Numbered from the whole stretch's first letter, positions 12,301-24,949 are shown. The stretch: 61,108 bases of DNA, filler included, from Dugesia japonica (GCA_001938525.1; 5 parts of 5 records of this genome joined end to end with filler, not necessarily neighbours in it), one strand, 5' to 3'. The notes: generated by a model from the sequence alone, not told the origin. Numbers and translations: made by a program.

Positions 12301-13105
12301 AAAAAGGTAACTTACGATAAGATGATTTCCCTCCAGCTAAATATTGATACTTTGATAATTCAATTTTAAAATCAACTATGTAATTTAAATTCCATCCACT
12401 TTCATTTCGATCTTCATCTTCCATAAATCTTTGAAGTTGATTTAAAATATCAACAACACCTTCATTAATTTCACTTGCTAATGTAAATTGTTTATTNNNN
12501 NNNNNNNNNNNAAAAACTCTTTCAACATTTTCTCCGTTTATATCTTTATTATAATTACAGTTGACACTCATTTGAACAATAATCTTTTTCCTATAATTGA
12601 AATACTTGGTAATTATTTCTAAGATTTCAGATTGAAATTCATTAATCATTTTTACTGGTCTTTCGAAAGTTTCGAGATTTCTGGTCAATTCAACTTTACT
12701 TTCTTTAAAATATTCGATTTCATAGTTTTTGTATATTCTGAAGATGTCACGAATTTCTGGATCGAAATCAATTACTTCTTCTCCAGGTAATTCTTTAAAT
12801 AATATTTTGTTGACCATTTCTTTGTTTATTTGAATTGAAATATACTTTTGCATGATTTTGTCTTGCAAACATTTTTTGGCAAATTTCACAAAATAATGGA
12901 ACTTTCTCTGAATTACCGCAATTAGTAGCATTCAAATGTTCTGTTAAACCCCTTGTTGATCTAAAGGTGTTTAAACATTTGGGACAAGTAAATATTGCCC
13001 TGTTTAAAAGACAACATTTCGATCTAACATGAGCTGTTAGACCCGATTTTTTTAAAAAACCTTTTTGCAAAGATTATTAGGACAAATTAATTGATTAGTA
13101 GACAT
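9334..13105 (-). pseudogene. Protein-primed family B DNA polymerase with N-terminal zinc fingers, terminal-protein region and EndoVII-like insert
   Basis: Three C2H2/C2HC fingers; ESGW and IENKDDKCF; ExoI IYADFE; DHDHFNGEFRG; ExoII FHNASGYD; ExoIII Y..LDVIILAD; motif A YLDENSFYASCM; motif C YLDTD*; C-terminal SLTGYDDKR; many frameshifts. Confidence 0.96.
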
Positions 13106-14334
13106 TTTAAGTACAAACAATTTAGTTAAACAGTTTTTTTCCTAGTTTAAGCTGGTTAATTTCTCATTTACGGTATTATATAAAAATGTTTATTTAAATT
13201 TTACTTGTAACTGAATTTTATTAGTTATCATATTTTTATTTCCATTTGTATTTTTACTTACAGTTGTGGTTTTAGGTGTTGTATTTTCTATTTTTGTTGA
13301 GCTTGTTTATTTTCTTTATACTTGTCATTTTCTCATTTTTACCTTAAAAATCCCAGAGNNNNNNNNNNNNNNNNNNNNAAAAAACGACTCGACGCCAGTA
13401 TTTTTATTTTAATATGCATTGGCATTATAATTACATAGCAAATACCAATAACGTATGCCTTACGCTTGGAGCTAGCTACCATAGTGGCGTCAAGTCGTTT
13501 TTCCCCATTACTCTTATAGGTAACAAAATGTTCAACAATATTATTTAGACCGTGTATTAGGTTAACATATGTTATATATCTATCGCAAAGGTTTTCACTA
13601 AGATCTGAGATTAGGTAGATACTGGGACACTGCACCACCTCTCCAACCCTTGGTGCTAAAATTTACTGGTACCGAGATATATTGAGCTGAACTTTGTCCT
13701 GGTGCTGAAATTTGTATATAGAAATTCATTCTCGGGAGTTCAAACTTTGGTATTGACTTTCCATATGGCATCGTACAGGTATCACCATGATATAGTTGGA
13801 TGCGTAATGGCACGACATATCTTATGGTGCACACTTCTGTTCAATCAAGCGCGACGATAAAAAGTCATTAAAGATCAAAGATTGATAACATGCTTTGCCC
13901 ACAATTTTCGGATAAAAACAAGTTGATTTTGGTATCATTCTGTTGGAAATTACAAACTACATATACATAGTTTAATGAACCCTGGTCGTATAATTCTTTG
14001 TTCTCGAGATAAACGGCGTGGTTCACTGAACCAATATAATGATAATAGTTATATATACTATTAGTATTGAGAAATAAAACTAATTCAAAAAAATAATATT
14101 ATAATAAATGTGCCAATTAATTATCAATTGAGTTCTTAAATATGGAGAATATGAGTGATGCAATGATTCGAGAAATATATTATATCGTTCATTCACAATG
14201 TTCATCAATCAAAACATACATATGAGTCAAATAAATCACAGCATACATACGGGTCAAATTACCATTTTGTTTTCATAAATATATCCTACCCACATCTCGC
14301 CTGTCCGATATGGCCTAAGCCCTTCGATATTTCG

Positions 14335-14870
14335 GAAAATTTCAGTACCATCAGTTTTTTTAATTTTATAGCTTCTATTGTGTAGTTTATCAATTATAGT
14401 ATATCGACCATCGTATCGTTTTTCTTATTTATTTCTAACATCAATTTTATTCCAAACTTTGTCACCAATTTTTAAAACTACTTTCTGCATTATTGTCCAT
14501 TTGATTCAATAAATTCTCATTGGTCAGAAATTAATCCTAGCTTTCAAATTTTTGTGTACTTAGCTTTTTTCCAAAACTTATTTTTGCAGAAAATATTTTA
14601 ATAATTTTATGAATTATCAAAATCATGGTAAATTCTATTTGAGGTAAACATTCTTCCCAATTTCTCAAGAATTAATCTTCGACAGACCAATATATCCAGT
14701 CTCTAATCGTTCGAAATTGCTTTCTATTTGACAAATTTCTTGATGGTGGTATGGACTAGAATATTCTATTTTGAAATTAAATTTCTTTGCCATATCTTTG
14801 AAATTTGATGATAAAATATATCTTCCATGGTAAAAATGAATAGATCTCGGCGAACCAAACTTCAATAGCC
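14335..14870 (-). mobile_element. Ty3/Gypsy integrase C-terminal fragment
   Basis: KFGSPRSIH, YSSPYHHQ..QIE and a degenerate GPY/F-like tail. Confidence 0.8.
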
Positions 14871-14879
14871 AACATCAAA

Positions 14880-15942
14880 GCAATGTTTTAAGCTTTGGTG
14901 GATTTCAACTTTTCACACATGCTTGATCACATCAATTTTAACGAGCTCAAAGATCTCCAGAATTCGCTTGAACCTGCAAAATTAGCAATTGAGGTTTTAA
15001 GCCGAAACAATACGACTCTGCATTCGGCTGATATTACATTGGAGTATATGAAAAGCAAAATTTCGAACTGTAAAAGTAAAATAGCGTTCGAATTATTAGA
15101 TAATATAGAGAAGAGAATTATTGAGCGAGTAAATTTAAATTTAATAAATTTGTTCAAAGCGCATAAAGATCCAAAATGTGTACCTTCTAAACAGGCTTTA
15201 GACTTAGCTACACAATTATAAAAAGGACTTTACCAAGTAGATGATAATAATGAATCAATGACAACTTCGCCAGACCAAGACTTAATAATAGTTGAAAATC
15301 AAAACGCTAAAACTTTGACAATGAAGGAAGAGCTTGAAATAATTTTGAAAAACGCAGCTGAGCCTCAATCTCCAAAAGAGTCCGCGATTTATTGCAAACT
15401 AAAACAAGAATTTTTTGCTTTTCAGAAATACTGGATAACGAACTAGTAATCTTGATGAACTGTGCAGCGCACTTTCGTCTATAAAACCGACTTCAATTTC
15501 TAATGAAAGAACGTTTTCAATTAGTGTCAACTCCTGCACTAAAATCAGATCAAGACTTGCTGACAAATCTATAAATTCATTGGTTTTTTTGAAATATTTG
15601 TACCTTAAACCAAAAAAATAAAAAAAGTAATTAAAAAAAATTTAATTAAATGATTACCTAGATTATGTTAATGATCAAATAGTTATATTATGTATCTAGT
15701 TTGAAAGCTTTTAAGTTTTGAAAATAAATGAATTAATTAATAAATATGAGTAAAGTTTCTTTTTAATTTCTTGGCAGGCCATTAAATCACAAATTTCAGT
15801 TGAATTGAAAATCATATAATATTATTTTATCAGATTCTTGAAATATTTTTTGCTAAAGACAACAGACTCGGATTCGACGAGTTTTTTCAATTTTGAAATT
15901 GGACTCGTCGAGTCTTAAAAACCCGAGTTATCAGAAACTCTA
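14880..15942 (+). mobile_element. hAT DNA transposon, 3' half with right end
   Basis: LEPAKLAIEVLSR; dimerisation-domain motif SIKPTSISNERTFS...RSRLADKSINSLVFLK; GACTCG/CGAG subterminal repeats; ends ...AAACTCTA (TAGAG-type TIR). Confidence 0.88.
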
Positions 15943-16712
15943 AATTTGTTGTACATTAAAATACTTTTTTCGTAACTAATTTGTAAATAAATTATTTAAT
16001 TCTTCATATTCCAGGTTCCTTTAATTACTATTGCTATTGATTGATTTGTTACTTATTCAGAATGTTTCTTATTTAATTTCTTTAAACCTAATATNNNNNN
16101 NNNNNNNNNNNNNNNNNNNNNNNNNNNNNNNNNNNNNNNNNNNNNNNNNNNNNNNNNNNNNNNNNNNNNNNNNNNNNNNNNNNNNNNNNNNNNNNNNNNN
16201 NNNNNNNNNNNNNNNNNNNNNNNNNNNNNNNNNNNNNNNNNNNNNNNNNNNNNNNNNNNNNNNNNNNNNNNNNATTTATTTGCTATCAATTTCGACGGAA
16301 TAACCGTCAAAGTCAGGATATTAAACAATATTAAAACAAACTTTTTACAAAGTTTAAATGATTATATAATTTCAATTATGCAATTTCAATAAAAGATTTC
16401 AATAAAATAATTTTAAGAGCCAGGTTGAATCCGTCAACTGAACATTAATTTTAGGATTTAATGTCCTTATGAACAAAGTTTCGCACATGACTCTCTCCCA
16501 ATAATTATTAAATCCACTGCACAGAATTTTAAAATCAGAACACCCTATAGATTTTGTACATTTTCTTCGATGCTTAACAATATTACTGTGAGTATCGATT
16601 CATGAATTTTGGATGTCTGAGATTTTTTAATTTTTATTTTTAATATTAAGATTGGTTTTTTTGAAATTTTTAATATATAAAACTTTAAAAATTATAAGGT
16701 TGAAAAATAAAT

Positions 16713-16812
16713 NNNNNNNNNNNNNNNNNNNNNNNNNNNNNNNNNNNNNNNNNNNNTTAATTAATTAANNNNNNNNNNNNNNNNNNNNNNNNNNNNNNNN
16801 NNNNNNNNNNNN
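16713..16812. other. Artificial scaffold linker
   Basis: Exactly N44-TTAATTAATTAA-N44 (stops in all six frames). Confidence 0.97.
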
Positions 16813-16814
16813 AT

Positions 16815-16950
16815 AAATATAGAGACTCCCCCCATCTCATGCAAAATATAGAGACTCCCTCCATCTCATGCAAAATATAGAGACTCTTACCATCTCATGC
16901 TAAATATTGAGACTCCTCTCATCTCATGCTAAATATAGAGACTTCCCTCG
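16815..16950 (+). repeat. 29-bp minisatellite, about 4.5 copies
   Basis: Unit approximately AATATAGAGACTCCYYCCATCTCATGCWA. Confidence 0.9.
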
Positions 16951-17042
16951 TCCCTTGTGTAATAAATTAATTAAATTTAATTTAATTATATTGAAAAGAT
17001 TTCTCCCGATTGAAATGAAAAAAATTTCCAACCAAAATATTA

Positions 17043-17146
17043 CTTTTGAATTTCCCACCAAAAAGATTTTTTTGAATTTCCCACCAAAAAGATTTTTTTT
17101 GAATTTCCCGCCAAAAAAAATTTTTAATTTCCCGCCAAAAAATTTT
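17043..17146 (+). repeat. Degenerate ~22-26-bp tandem repeat
   Basis: TTTGAATTTCCC(A/G)CCAAAAA repeated four times. Confidence 0.8.
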
Positions 17147-17452
17147 TGAAAAAAAATTTTTAAAAAAAAGGTAAAAAAGATAAAAAAAAGATAAAGAATA
17201 AAAAAATAGATCCGATCAAAAAAAATCTGATCCTATCAAAAATCAATAATCAATGAGATCAAAAATCAATAATTATCGATTAAAAAACGCAGCTACATTT
17301 ATACAAAATTCCTCTTGGAGAATAAACACATTCTTAGTGGTACATCCAGCAAAATACTGATTGCAAAAAAATAATTTTGATAATTTAAAACAAACTTTCA
17401 TGGTTATAAAAAGTCCTTTATATTTAAAATCTAGAAATCATTTTTGGCAATA

Positions 17453-17663
17453 CAGGATGTGCCAAAAGTTGTTTACTTCCTACCTAAAGTCCAAAATTGT
17501 GAACGCTCTGTCGCACAGTATTTAAAAGATATAACTTACAAAATGAAATCGAAATGATTACGGTGCAACTGAAATGTGATATAATAAAGGTTTTTTTTAA
17601 CTTTTTGTTACGTTTTGACATTTGTTCAGAAATGAGGTAGGAAGTTACTTTTGACCCACCCTT
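17453..17663. mobile_element. Tc1/mariner-type MITE
   Basis: TA-flanked imperfect TIRs: CAGGATGTGCCAAAAGT..ACTTCCTACCT and AGGTAGGAAGTTACTTTTGACCCACCCT. Confidence 0.7.
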
Positions 17664-17879
17664 TATAAATTGTTCTCTTCATTCTACACAATATATAAAC
17701 TACATATAATTCTTAATATAATTTGCATCATGTGGTTTTAATTTATTACGATTTATTTCACCCATTTGCAATCGATGATTTTCTGAAGACAATTTATATA
17801 CCTTACCGACGAAAACCGACTACAAATATTCATTTTCTTTGGAGTGAATTTTAAAATATATAATAAAAACAGTAAAACA

Positions 17880-19045
17880 CAATTTTTTCCTGAATGACTG
17901 AAATAACATTTATTAATGTATTGAAAATCTTTTCTATTTTCTTAATTTCAGCTACAGATAAACCAGTATTGAATTTATCTTTTAAATTAGAATCCAACGC
18001 TTTAAAACATTTGTTATATATCAGGGCCAAAAGTTTTTCCGACATGAGCTGAAAATCTTAAACACAAAATTTCGAGAACCTCAATTAGAGAAATGTTTTA
18101 ATTGTTTAATAATATTAAGTATAAAAATCTACGCGTATTTATTTATAAGCAATAAATACATGGTATAAAACTGAATACAATAGTTATTCTTGTGAGCGAA
18201 GGGTTGTATTTCGTAAATTAAATTTTTAACTATGTTTTTGCCAGAATGATAAAATGTTTTTGGCTTTAGTTAGAGTCGCATTGAAGACACATAAGAGCCG
18301 CAATTTGGCCACCATGGTTATGTACATTTGAAAACTAATAAAATCTACAAAACAATTATAATACTATTTAATAAAAAATTTAGTCAAGTTACAACGCTAA
18401 TTTAAAAATTCGATAATAAAATTATTTGTTACACAAATTCCAAAATTTAAAATTTACCTAACGTTTTAATCAATATTTAAAGAACTGCATATTATTAATT
18501 TACACCAAAAAGTCTGTTGGAAAATACTCCTTACAGTCATAATCTTGTAAATCCAAATATATCGTATCTTAAGATATTTTAAAAGAATTTATGTTTGATA
18601 AGTAGTTAAGTTTTAAAAATAGGTTTTTTGTTATAACATTTAATCAACTGTTTTGTAATAGTTTATCAGTATATATTCTATTTTTTAAACATGCAACAAA
18701 AGTGTAACAATTGATCCAGGATCCATATATTGTTGTATATTGATTTATACTAATAATGCATTAGCAAAAAGAAAAGTGAAATTAGTTGTGTGGGGGAAGA
18801 GAATCAAAGAACATATCCTGGAACTGTCTACTTATAAGTTATTTCAAATGTTGAATTACATAATAAAAACCAAAACTGATTCAAACATTTTTATTGAATA
18901 CCTGAGAAAATTCATAACAAGCGGTATACTGTATAAAAAGAGGACGAAAAGATTTTGTAGAGAAATGTTGAAAAAACTTGAAATTTTTTCTTAAAATATA
19001 ATGAGAAGAGTCTTACAATTTCTCAGTAGGTTGAACTCTTGACAT
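17880..19045 (-). CDS. Possible multi-exon host gene of unknown function
   Basis: AAAATG first exon MSRVQPTEK followed by a GTAAGA donor (19016); TTTTCAG acceptor at about 18050 opens a 55-codon exon; the middle exons could not be phased confidently. Confidence 0.3.
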
Positions 19046-20439
19046 TTTATATTTTAGTAATAATTAAATAATTTCTGATTTAATTCTAAATAAAATAATT
19101 AAAATAAATCAAGTAGTTTGCCAAGAGTTAGATTTATCTATAATAAAAATGCTCTATTTTAGATGGAAGTTTTGAAACATGACAATTTGCTTAAATGATN
19201 TAAATTGAAAAGAGCATCTTATTTTTTTAAGATGGAACTTGAAAAATGTTTTCATTTTTTCATTTAAATAAATTCAATTGAAAGATTAATTATAATATTT
19301 CTTGTTTAGGGAACCGTAAGCTATCATTCAGTTGATTATTAATGGTAAGAAATTATATGACATTCATTATTTACACGTCACTATTTATTTTGATTCTTTC
19401 GCATCAGTGGATGTCTAGCTCATGTATTTAATAATAAATGCTCTATAATAAATCGTTATTAATTTACAAACTTTAACTTTAGCTTCCTAACTTTAGCTAA
19501 AGAATATCCCAATTCATTTACAGTCAAATAAATGATTATTAAATAAATGATATTAAAATTCTATTTAATAACAAAGTTTTGATGATTTAGTTTAGTGTTG
19601 TCCAAACATTTTCTTGTTGCGATACACTTTGTAAAAAGAAATGTATTATCAAAATGAATTGTAAGTGTACAGAAAAAATATATAAATGAAAAAAGAACTA
19701 AGTATACAATAATTTCTCAAAAAAACATTTAAGTGAAATTTTAAAATTTAATTCTTAAAATTTTTAGTAATGAAAAACTTTATATTGATATTGACAAAAT
19801 AATTTAATTGTTTAAATACATTAATTTAAATAAAATTGAAATGTAAATAAAGCATAAGTATGTGTGTGATTGAACATTTGGAAAATGCAAATGTTTAGTA
19901 ACTACTTTATTATGTTTGTATGTTAATAAATATATGAAAGTAAAAGTTAATTCTTTGGAAATCCAAATAAAAATTGCATTTGTTGTATGTTACATATTTG
20001 AATTATGTTTGTTAAAAAATCAATATAAACTTAGTTATCACTCAGAAAATGAATTGATTTATTTTTTTATGTAAATGACTTATTTGTTAACGCAAAAATA
20101 AGAATTGGATTTTGTTTTAAAAATAAATGTATTATTTTTTGTAAAATTTTATTTTCTAAACATTGCGGCTAAATCGACCAAACAGAAAGTAATAGGTTTG
20201 CAAGTCAACATAGCAGAATTCATATTTGATGACTTATACAGTCTATACGGACCCTTACTTGATTGTTAGAGTAAGCTTTGTGCCGTGTTTACCCCGACAA
20301 TTTCATCTTACGAACCTTTGTTGTGTTCCCAACATAATTAAAGAAGATTATTTATTATTTCAAACAAATTCAACTGAACATAAGAAACTAATATTAATGT
20401 GAAAAATGAGCCTTTTTCCTTAGCGAATTATTTGTATAC

Positions 20440-20770
20440 AAGTCTGGATTGTTAAACATATTCGCATTTCTTCACCTATCTTTTTTGATTTTATTTTATT
20501 TGATTTCAATAAATTTCTGTCAGTGCTGATAAACCCAATTCACAAATGTACAACAATTCAAATGGCTGCACGTTTTTAATGACTTCGTAACTTAATTCAG
20601 GATATTGATTATGAAGTAAGATCCGAAGTTCTGATGATTCCTGCTGAACTAATGATCTTTTTAAAATTAAATCATTTTTCAAATCAATTAATACTTCTTT
20701 TTGTACATTTGTCAAATTGAAATCTGTGAAATGATAGATTTTCTGATAAAGAGCACAAAACAAAGAATTT
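20440..20770 (-). mobile_element. hAT (Buster/Charlie; ZBED5/SCAND3-like) transposase C-terminal fragment
   Basis: LIDLKNDLILK...QYPELS...PF...YICELGLSAL. Confidence 0.8.
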
Positions 20771-21584
20771 GAAGAATTATAAATTTCATACTGATTTGAA
20801 TTTTATTTCTTTTAAGTAATATTGTTAGTTTATTTAATAAATTTTCAATAAATAAATAAATTCGATACATAAATTTTTCCCGGACAATATCCCCCCGGAC
20901 AATTTCCACCGGAAAATTATTTAATTATACACTTGACACAAGCTCTTGCTGGCCACGCATCTCAACCTGGAAGAAAGACTTATTCAGACATAAAGGCTTG
21001 AATCTTCACTGTTGTACAAGACGTTGGAAATCGTAACAAATTGAACTATTTACGTGGCATTGCTCATAATTTAGGGTTTTAAATAGATTTTTGCATGCTT
21101 TCTTTTCTTTTATAAAAAATATAATGTAATACTAGTGTTGGGGTGAAACACCCGGTTTGAGAAGAAAAAGAAGGCCAGATGCCAAATCTGAAAATAATAG
21201 GGAAGGGGGGTCAAAAGGAAAATTTAAAATATAATGACTACAATTAATATAAAGATCAATGGAAAAGAAAAATGGAATGAAAAGTACGAATAAACGAATC
21301 CAACTCTCATCAATTCCAATAATTAAAGGAAATTATTAAAGTATTAATAAAAGATAAGAAAATGATCAGAAAATAATAATTAATTAATGAAGAAAAAGTT
21401 AATAAATTTATTGAAAAAAATAATTAAAATTAGGCAAAAATCAATTTTGGTAGAATATCTCCGCCCAAGAAAATCATGAAGACTAGGAAAAAGACAATAT
21501 GAAAAGCAAAGATTAAGGGGCAATAGGATTGTCTAACAAGAAAATTTCATCATTACCAGGAGATCCCCTACAAAGATTTGAAGT

Positions 21585-21845
21585 AGGAGCCAATAAGGGG
21601 CCAGAAAAGAAAAATAAAACAAAGACCGGAAAATCACATGGTGACTTAAAAATAGACACCAATAGAAGTTCTAAAAATCTTGGAAAAAATCTGAAAATTG
21701 GCACCATCGCCTATGAGAAGCAAGAATTTCAAATTAAAAATAGCAGGCCAATAGCGATGATGCCGGATTGTATCAAAAATGGTATACAAACCCCCCAAAA
21801 TTTAGAAGAAAAAAAGTAAAAAAATTTTCATTTACTCAGTGTAAA
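21585..21845 (+). promoter_or_regulatory. Putative Pol II promoter inside the 4.4-kb element
   Basis: Three CCAAT boxes (about 21590, 21659, 21749), TATA-like GTATACAAA at about 21782 and TCAGT at about 21836; the same CCAAT x3 + TATA layout is in the scaffold D relative. Confidence 0.45.
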
Positions 21846-22061
21846 TCATTGCGTAAAACGTTAACTCCGTTGCATAATACGACTTGTTGTGAACATAATT
21901 TGAGAAACGTTCAACAAAACATAAAAAACTTCAACACTTTCAGTGGTTTATTTATTGCGCGAAATTATTAAATACATTTTTGAAGATAAAAATCGTGACT
22001 TTCGGACCAAAAGGATAAATTATTCTATTTGAATTTTGCACTGTTATTATTCCCGTTGTAG

Positions 22062-22082
22062 CCAAAGGAAAATTATCTAAGA
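22062..22082 (+). other. Putative 21-nt leader mini-exon ending in A
   Basis: TTCCCGTTGTAG|CCAAAGGAAAATTATCTAAGA|GTAAGC. Confidence 0.45.
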
Positions 22083-22719
22083 GTAAGCATGTGTTATTTT
22101 ACTTTGTTTTCTAATTTCACGTAGAAATTTGTTTTATTTTGTAAAATTAATTATCAATAAATTAGTATCCACAATTTCTTTTATTTATTTGATTCACATA
22201 TTAAATGTTAAATGTGCTATTATAATGATTCGACTAACGATTTCCAATAATTTCAACAGGTTCAGATATTTATCGTTTTTCCCTATCTGTAATCGTGCCA
22301 CGAGAACTGCAGCTATAAATAGTTATTAATTAGTAACATCTAGCAGTCAACTCGATCTCGAAATTAACAATGAATCATCAATGAAACTTTATCACCAAAA
22401 TAGATGTTCTATCAAGTCATGTATTTACATACAGCTAAAAAGTAGAAACATCTCAGTTGAAATGCAGTATTTCATTAAGAAGAGACGCACTCACTAATCA
22501 CACATAGAGCTGGAAACATACACACATATTAAGGAATAGTTGAAATAGCCACATAAATTGTTCTTTTGTCATTGTGCCACGAAATAGTCCGAATTATATC
22601 ACTGATGATGCTTATCAATAAAGCGAGCGCTGATTATATTAGATCTTATCTCTAGGCGTTACTGAAAGCAATTTTTAATATCATTATTATATCTTCGGTT
22701 TGAACTATTAATATCCTAA

Positions 22720-22799
22720 ATATCATTATTATTATTATTATTATCATTAAATATTACTATTATCACTACGGATATCTTGTTTGATTTTATTGCTATTAC

Positions 22800-22852
<53 letters not shown>

Positions 22853-23410
22853 TTATTAACATCCTTAGAATATGTATTCTTATTGATTATCATCATTGAT
22901 TAATATTATTATTATATAACCATGTTATTAATATTACCAAGAGTAGTACGATTATGATAATTACTCATTAAAATGAATTATCCACACTCTTTATTCATAA
23001 TATTACCGCTATTTATCATTATCAACATTACTATTATGTCTTTTATTATTAAGGTTATGAGTATTATTCTAATTATTATGGAAATTATTTTAGTGTTATT
23101 CTTCAGTTTTATTATTGGTATTAGAAACACCACAGTTATTTATATTTCTGTTCACTAATATTGTCACTAATACTATTACTTTTACTAACACTATTAATTT
23201 TATGATTATTATTATTATCATTAACTGTTATTAGCAATGGGATCGTCATCAATTGTTATTATTGTTGTTATGGTTAGGATGGATGTGGGTATTATCCTTC
23301 TTATTAATATTCCGAGTAGTGTTTTTATTATTAGTATTCAAAGCACTGCTAGAATCATTCTCTTTAATACTACGAATTATCATTAATCTGACCATTATTT
23401 CTAGTATTGC
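22720..23410 (+). repeat. (ATT)n microsatellite and degenerate ATT-rich tract
   Basis: Pure (ATT)n at 22801-22850 inside a longer degenerate tract. Confidence 0.92.
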
Positions 23411-23535
23411 TAATACACTTTGTGTTCCTAACATCAGCGCATGGTGATTCAATAAGTGTCTTAATTTTTTGCAAGTGTCATCTGTAAATTTGTACATTAA
23501 AAAAATTATGATTTAGGACTCCAATTTTCATTACA

Positions 23536-23706
23536 ATGCCCGCTCTCTTGTTACAAACGTTAAGACTAATTTGTAGAGAGAGACGTAAAGCCTGGCGAAA
23601 GCAACTTTTAGCTCACATTCTCTCCATGGGAGCTATTGAGCATCCCTACGAAACGGATTTGCAGTGTTTCGCGAGATGTTCCCTTTGGAATACCAAGTTA
23701 ATTTAG
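23536..23706 (+). CDS. Cassette 1: 56-aa hypothetical protein
   Basis: ATTTAG acceptor at 23516; MPALLLQTLRLICRERRKAWRKQLLAH...KLI*; AATAAA at 23753. Confidence 0.4.
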   Translation: MPALLLQTLRLICRERRKAWRKQLLAHILSMGAIEHPYETDLQCFARCSLWNTKLI

Positions 23707-23814
23707 ATGACACTGAATAAGTTTTACTAATTTCTCGTAATGTGTTAAATTAAATAAACTTTATATATTTAGCAACTTAATGTCGATGTTTTTTCTTTTA
23801 TTCCAGCATTATAA

Positions 23815-24239
23815 ATGGAATATAAATGGGAGCTGCTTTTAGATCGGCGCACTGGTAGATTAATTTTCAAAAGATATAGGAACCCCCATGACAGAGATGC
23901 TGGGGTGTTGACAGGCTATTCCAATTTAACTATGAAAGAGGCCGATAATGAGTGACAATGGAATGAGGCAGAGCGTCGAGCTTTTTACGAGTGGAACGGC
24001 CCTGATCGAGCGCGAGAGGTGTACCATACCGCTACAGCTTTCCCCCCAATTAACAATGAGGAGATTCGAACCACAAATGAGTGGCGTGACTGTCCTTCTG
24101 TCGTACCAATATCTTCTGCCCACCTGCCCCCTTTCTCCGGTTTAAAAGCGTTGATAAAAACACTCTGTGGGATTTGAGGAATGATGCGAGTGGTGGTGCT
24201 TCTGAAAATGTCACTTCAGAGGACAATACTGAATCTTAG
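23815..24239 (+). pseudogene. Cassette 2: hypothetical protein with one stop and a possible frameshift
   Basis: Strong TTTTTTCTTTTATTCCAG acceptor at 23806; MEYKWELLLDRRTGRLIFKRY...DNE*QWNEAERRAFYEW...; AATAAA at 24280. Confidence 0.45.
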
Positions 24240-24453
24240 TATTGCTGAGTTTATTTTTTTGTGTTGTTTGTTTTGTAGTAATAAATACATATGCGTTTGA
24301 TTAAGTATTAATTAGTTCATTGTTGTTCTCACTCTAACAGCGTAATTCGGTACCTATTAGTTGTCTGTTGGGCATTCAGCTTATGGGATTGACATGAGTT
24401 TCTCATATTTTATTCTTTTAAACATAAACGACCTTATTATTTTGTCTTTTCAG

Positions 24454-24833
24454 TGCATTTTTCCTTAAATCGTTCCGCCGCTTCCACTAAAAAGCTGAGA
24501 GAGACGAGCAAAGACTCCGAAATGACGTGGGACCTCTACCGTCTCGCGAAGCCCCATTGGGAAGCTGACACCGCCTCGACTGAAAGTAAGGTAAGAAGGT
24601 ATAAAAGAAAGTGTGTGGCTTTCTGCAAAGAAATTGAAGCTTTGCATACTCAGGAAAGGCTGTGGAAGAGCCAACTGGAGTCTTTCGCCGAAGTTATCCG
24701 GTCCCTCCATGACCGTGAAAATAAACTGGTAAATTATATTATGGCTTTGAGGAAGGCAATGCTCTTGAGCCGCTTTTGGTTGATAAAGGCACCCAAACCT
24801 CACGGCCGTGACTTTTCAACCCTTCATGTTTAG
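24454..24833 (+). CDS. Cassette 3: ~126-aa coiled-coil protein, terminal exon starting TG
   Basis: TTTTGTCTTTTCAG acceptor ends at 24453; frame is open from TG-CAT to the stop; heptad-like segment. Confidence 0.55.
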
Positions 24834-24949
24834 TGTGTAAATACAAGTCTTCTCGAGTTGTACTGATTTGCTTTACAATAGTTATTAATTGATTGAATTT
24901 TAAAAGTGGTTAATCTCTCTTACATTTTAAAGGTTATTTTATTTTGTAG

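Larger units (their letters stand above)
1..13357. mobile_element. Polinton/Maverick (adintovirus-like) endogenous virus, degenerate; termini not visible
   Basis: Co-located hallmark genes: MCP, rve integrase, A32-like ATPase, penton, adenain protease on +, pPolB on -. Genes are tightly packed and intronless with many stops/frameshifts. No TIR or TSD seen: the left end is outside the window and the right end meets an N gap. Confidence 0.96.

Noticed and set aside
1140-13070. Programmed frameshifting in Polinton genes at A/T runs
   Set aside because: Frameshifts are numerous and accompanied by in-frame stops (for example YLDTD*), so decay or homopolymer sequencing error explains them better
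13379-14040. ORFs 13339-13638 and 13598-13834 as Polinton genes or a TIR
   Set aside because: No motifs, different composition and separated by a gap; more likely a non-coding repeat; no matching inverted copy in the window
16757-16768. TTAATTAATTAA as a piggyBac TSD or biological motif
   Set aside because: It is always centred in exactly 44+44 N, so it is an assembly spacer
16815-16950. CRISPR-like array
   Set aside because: The variable part is only about 6 nt, with no unique spacers, no cas genes and a eukaryotic context
22973-23497. Hydrophobic 'membrane protein' ORFs
   Set aside because: They are translations of the degenerate (ATT)n tract
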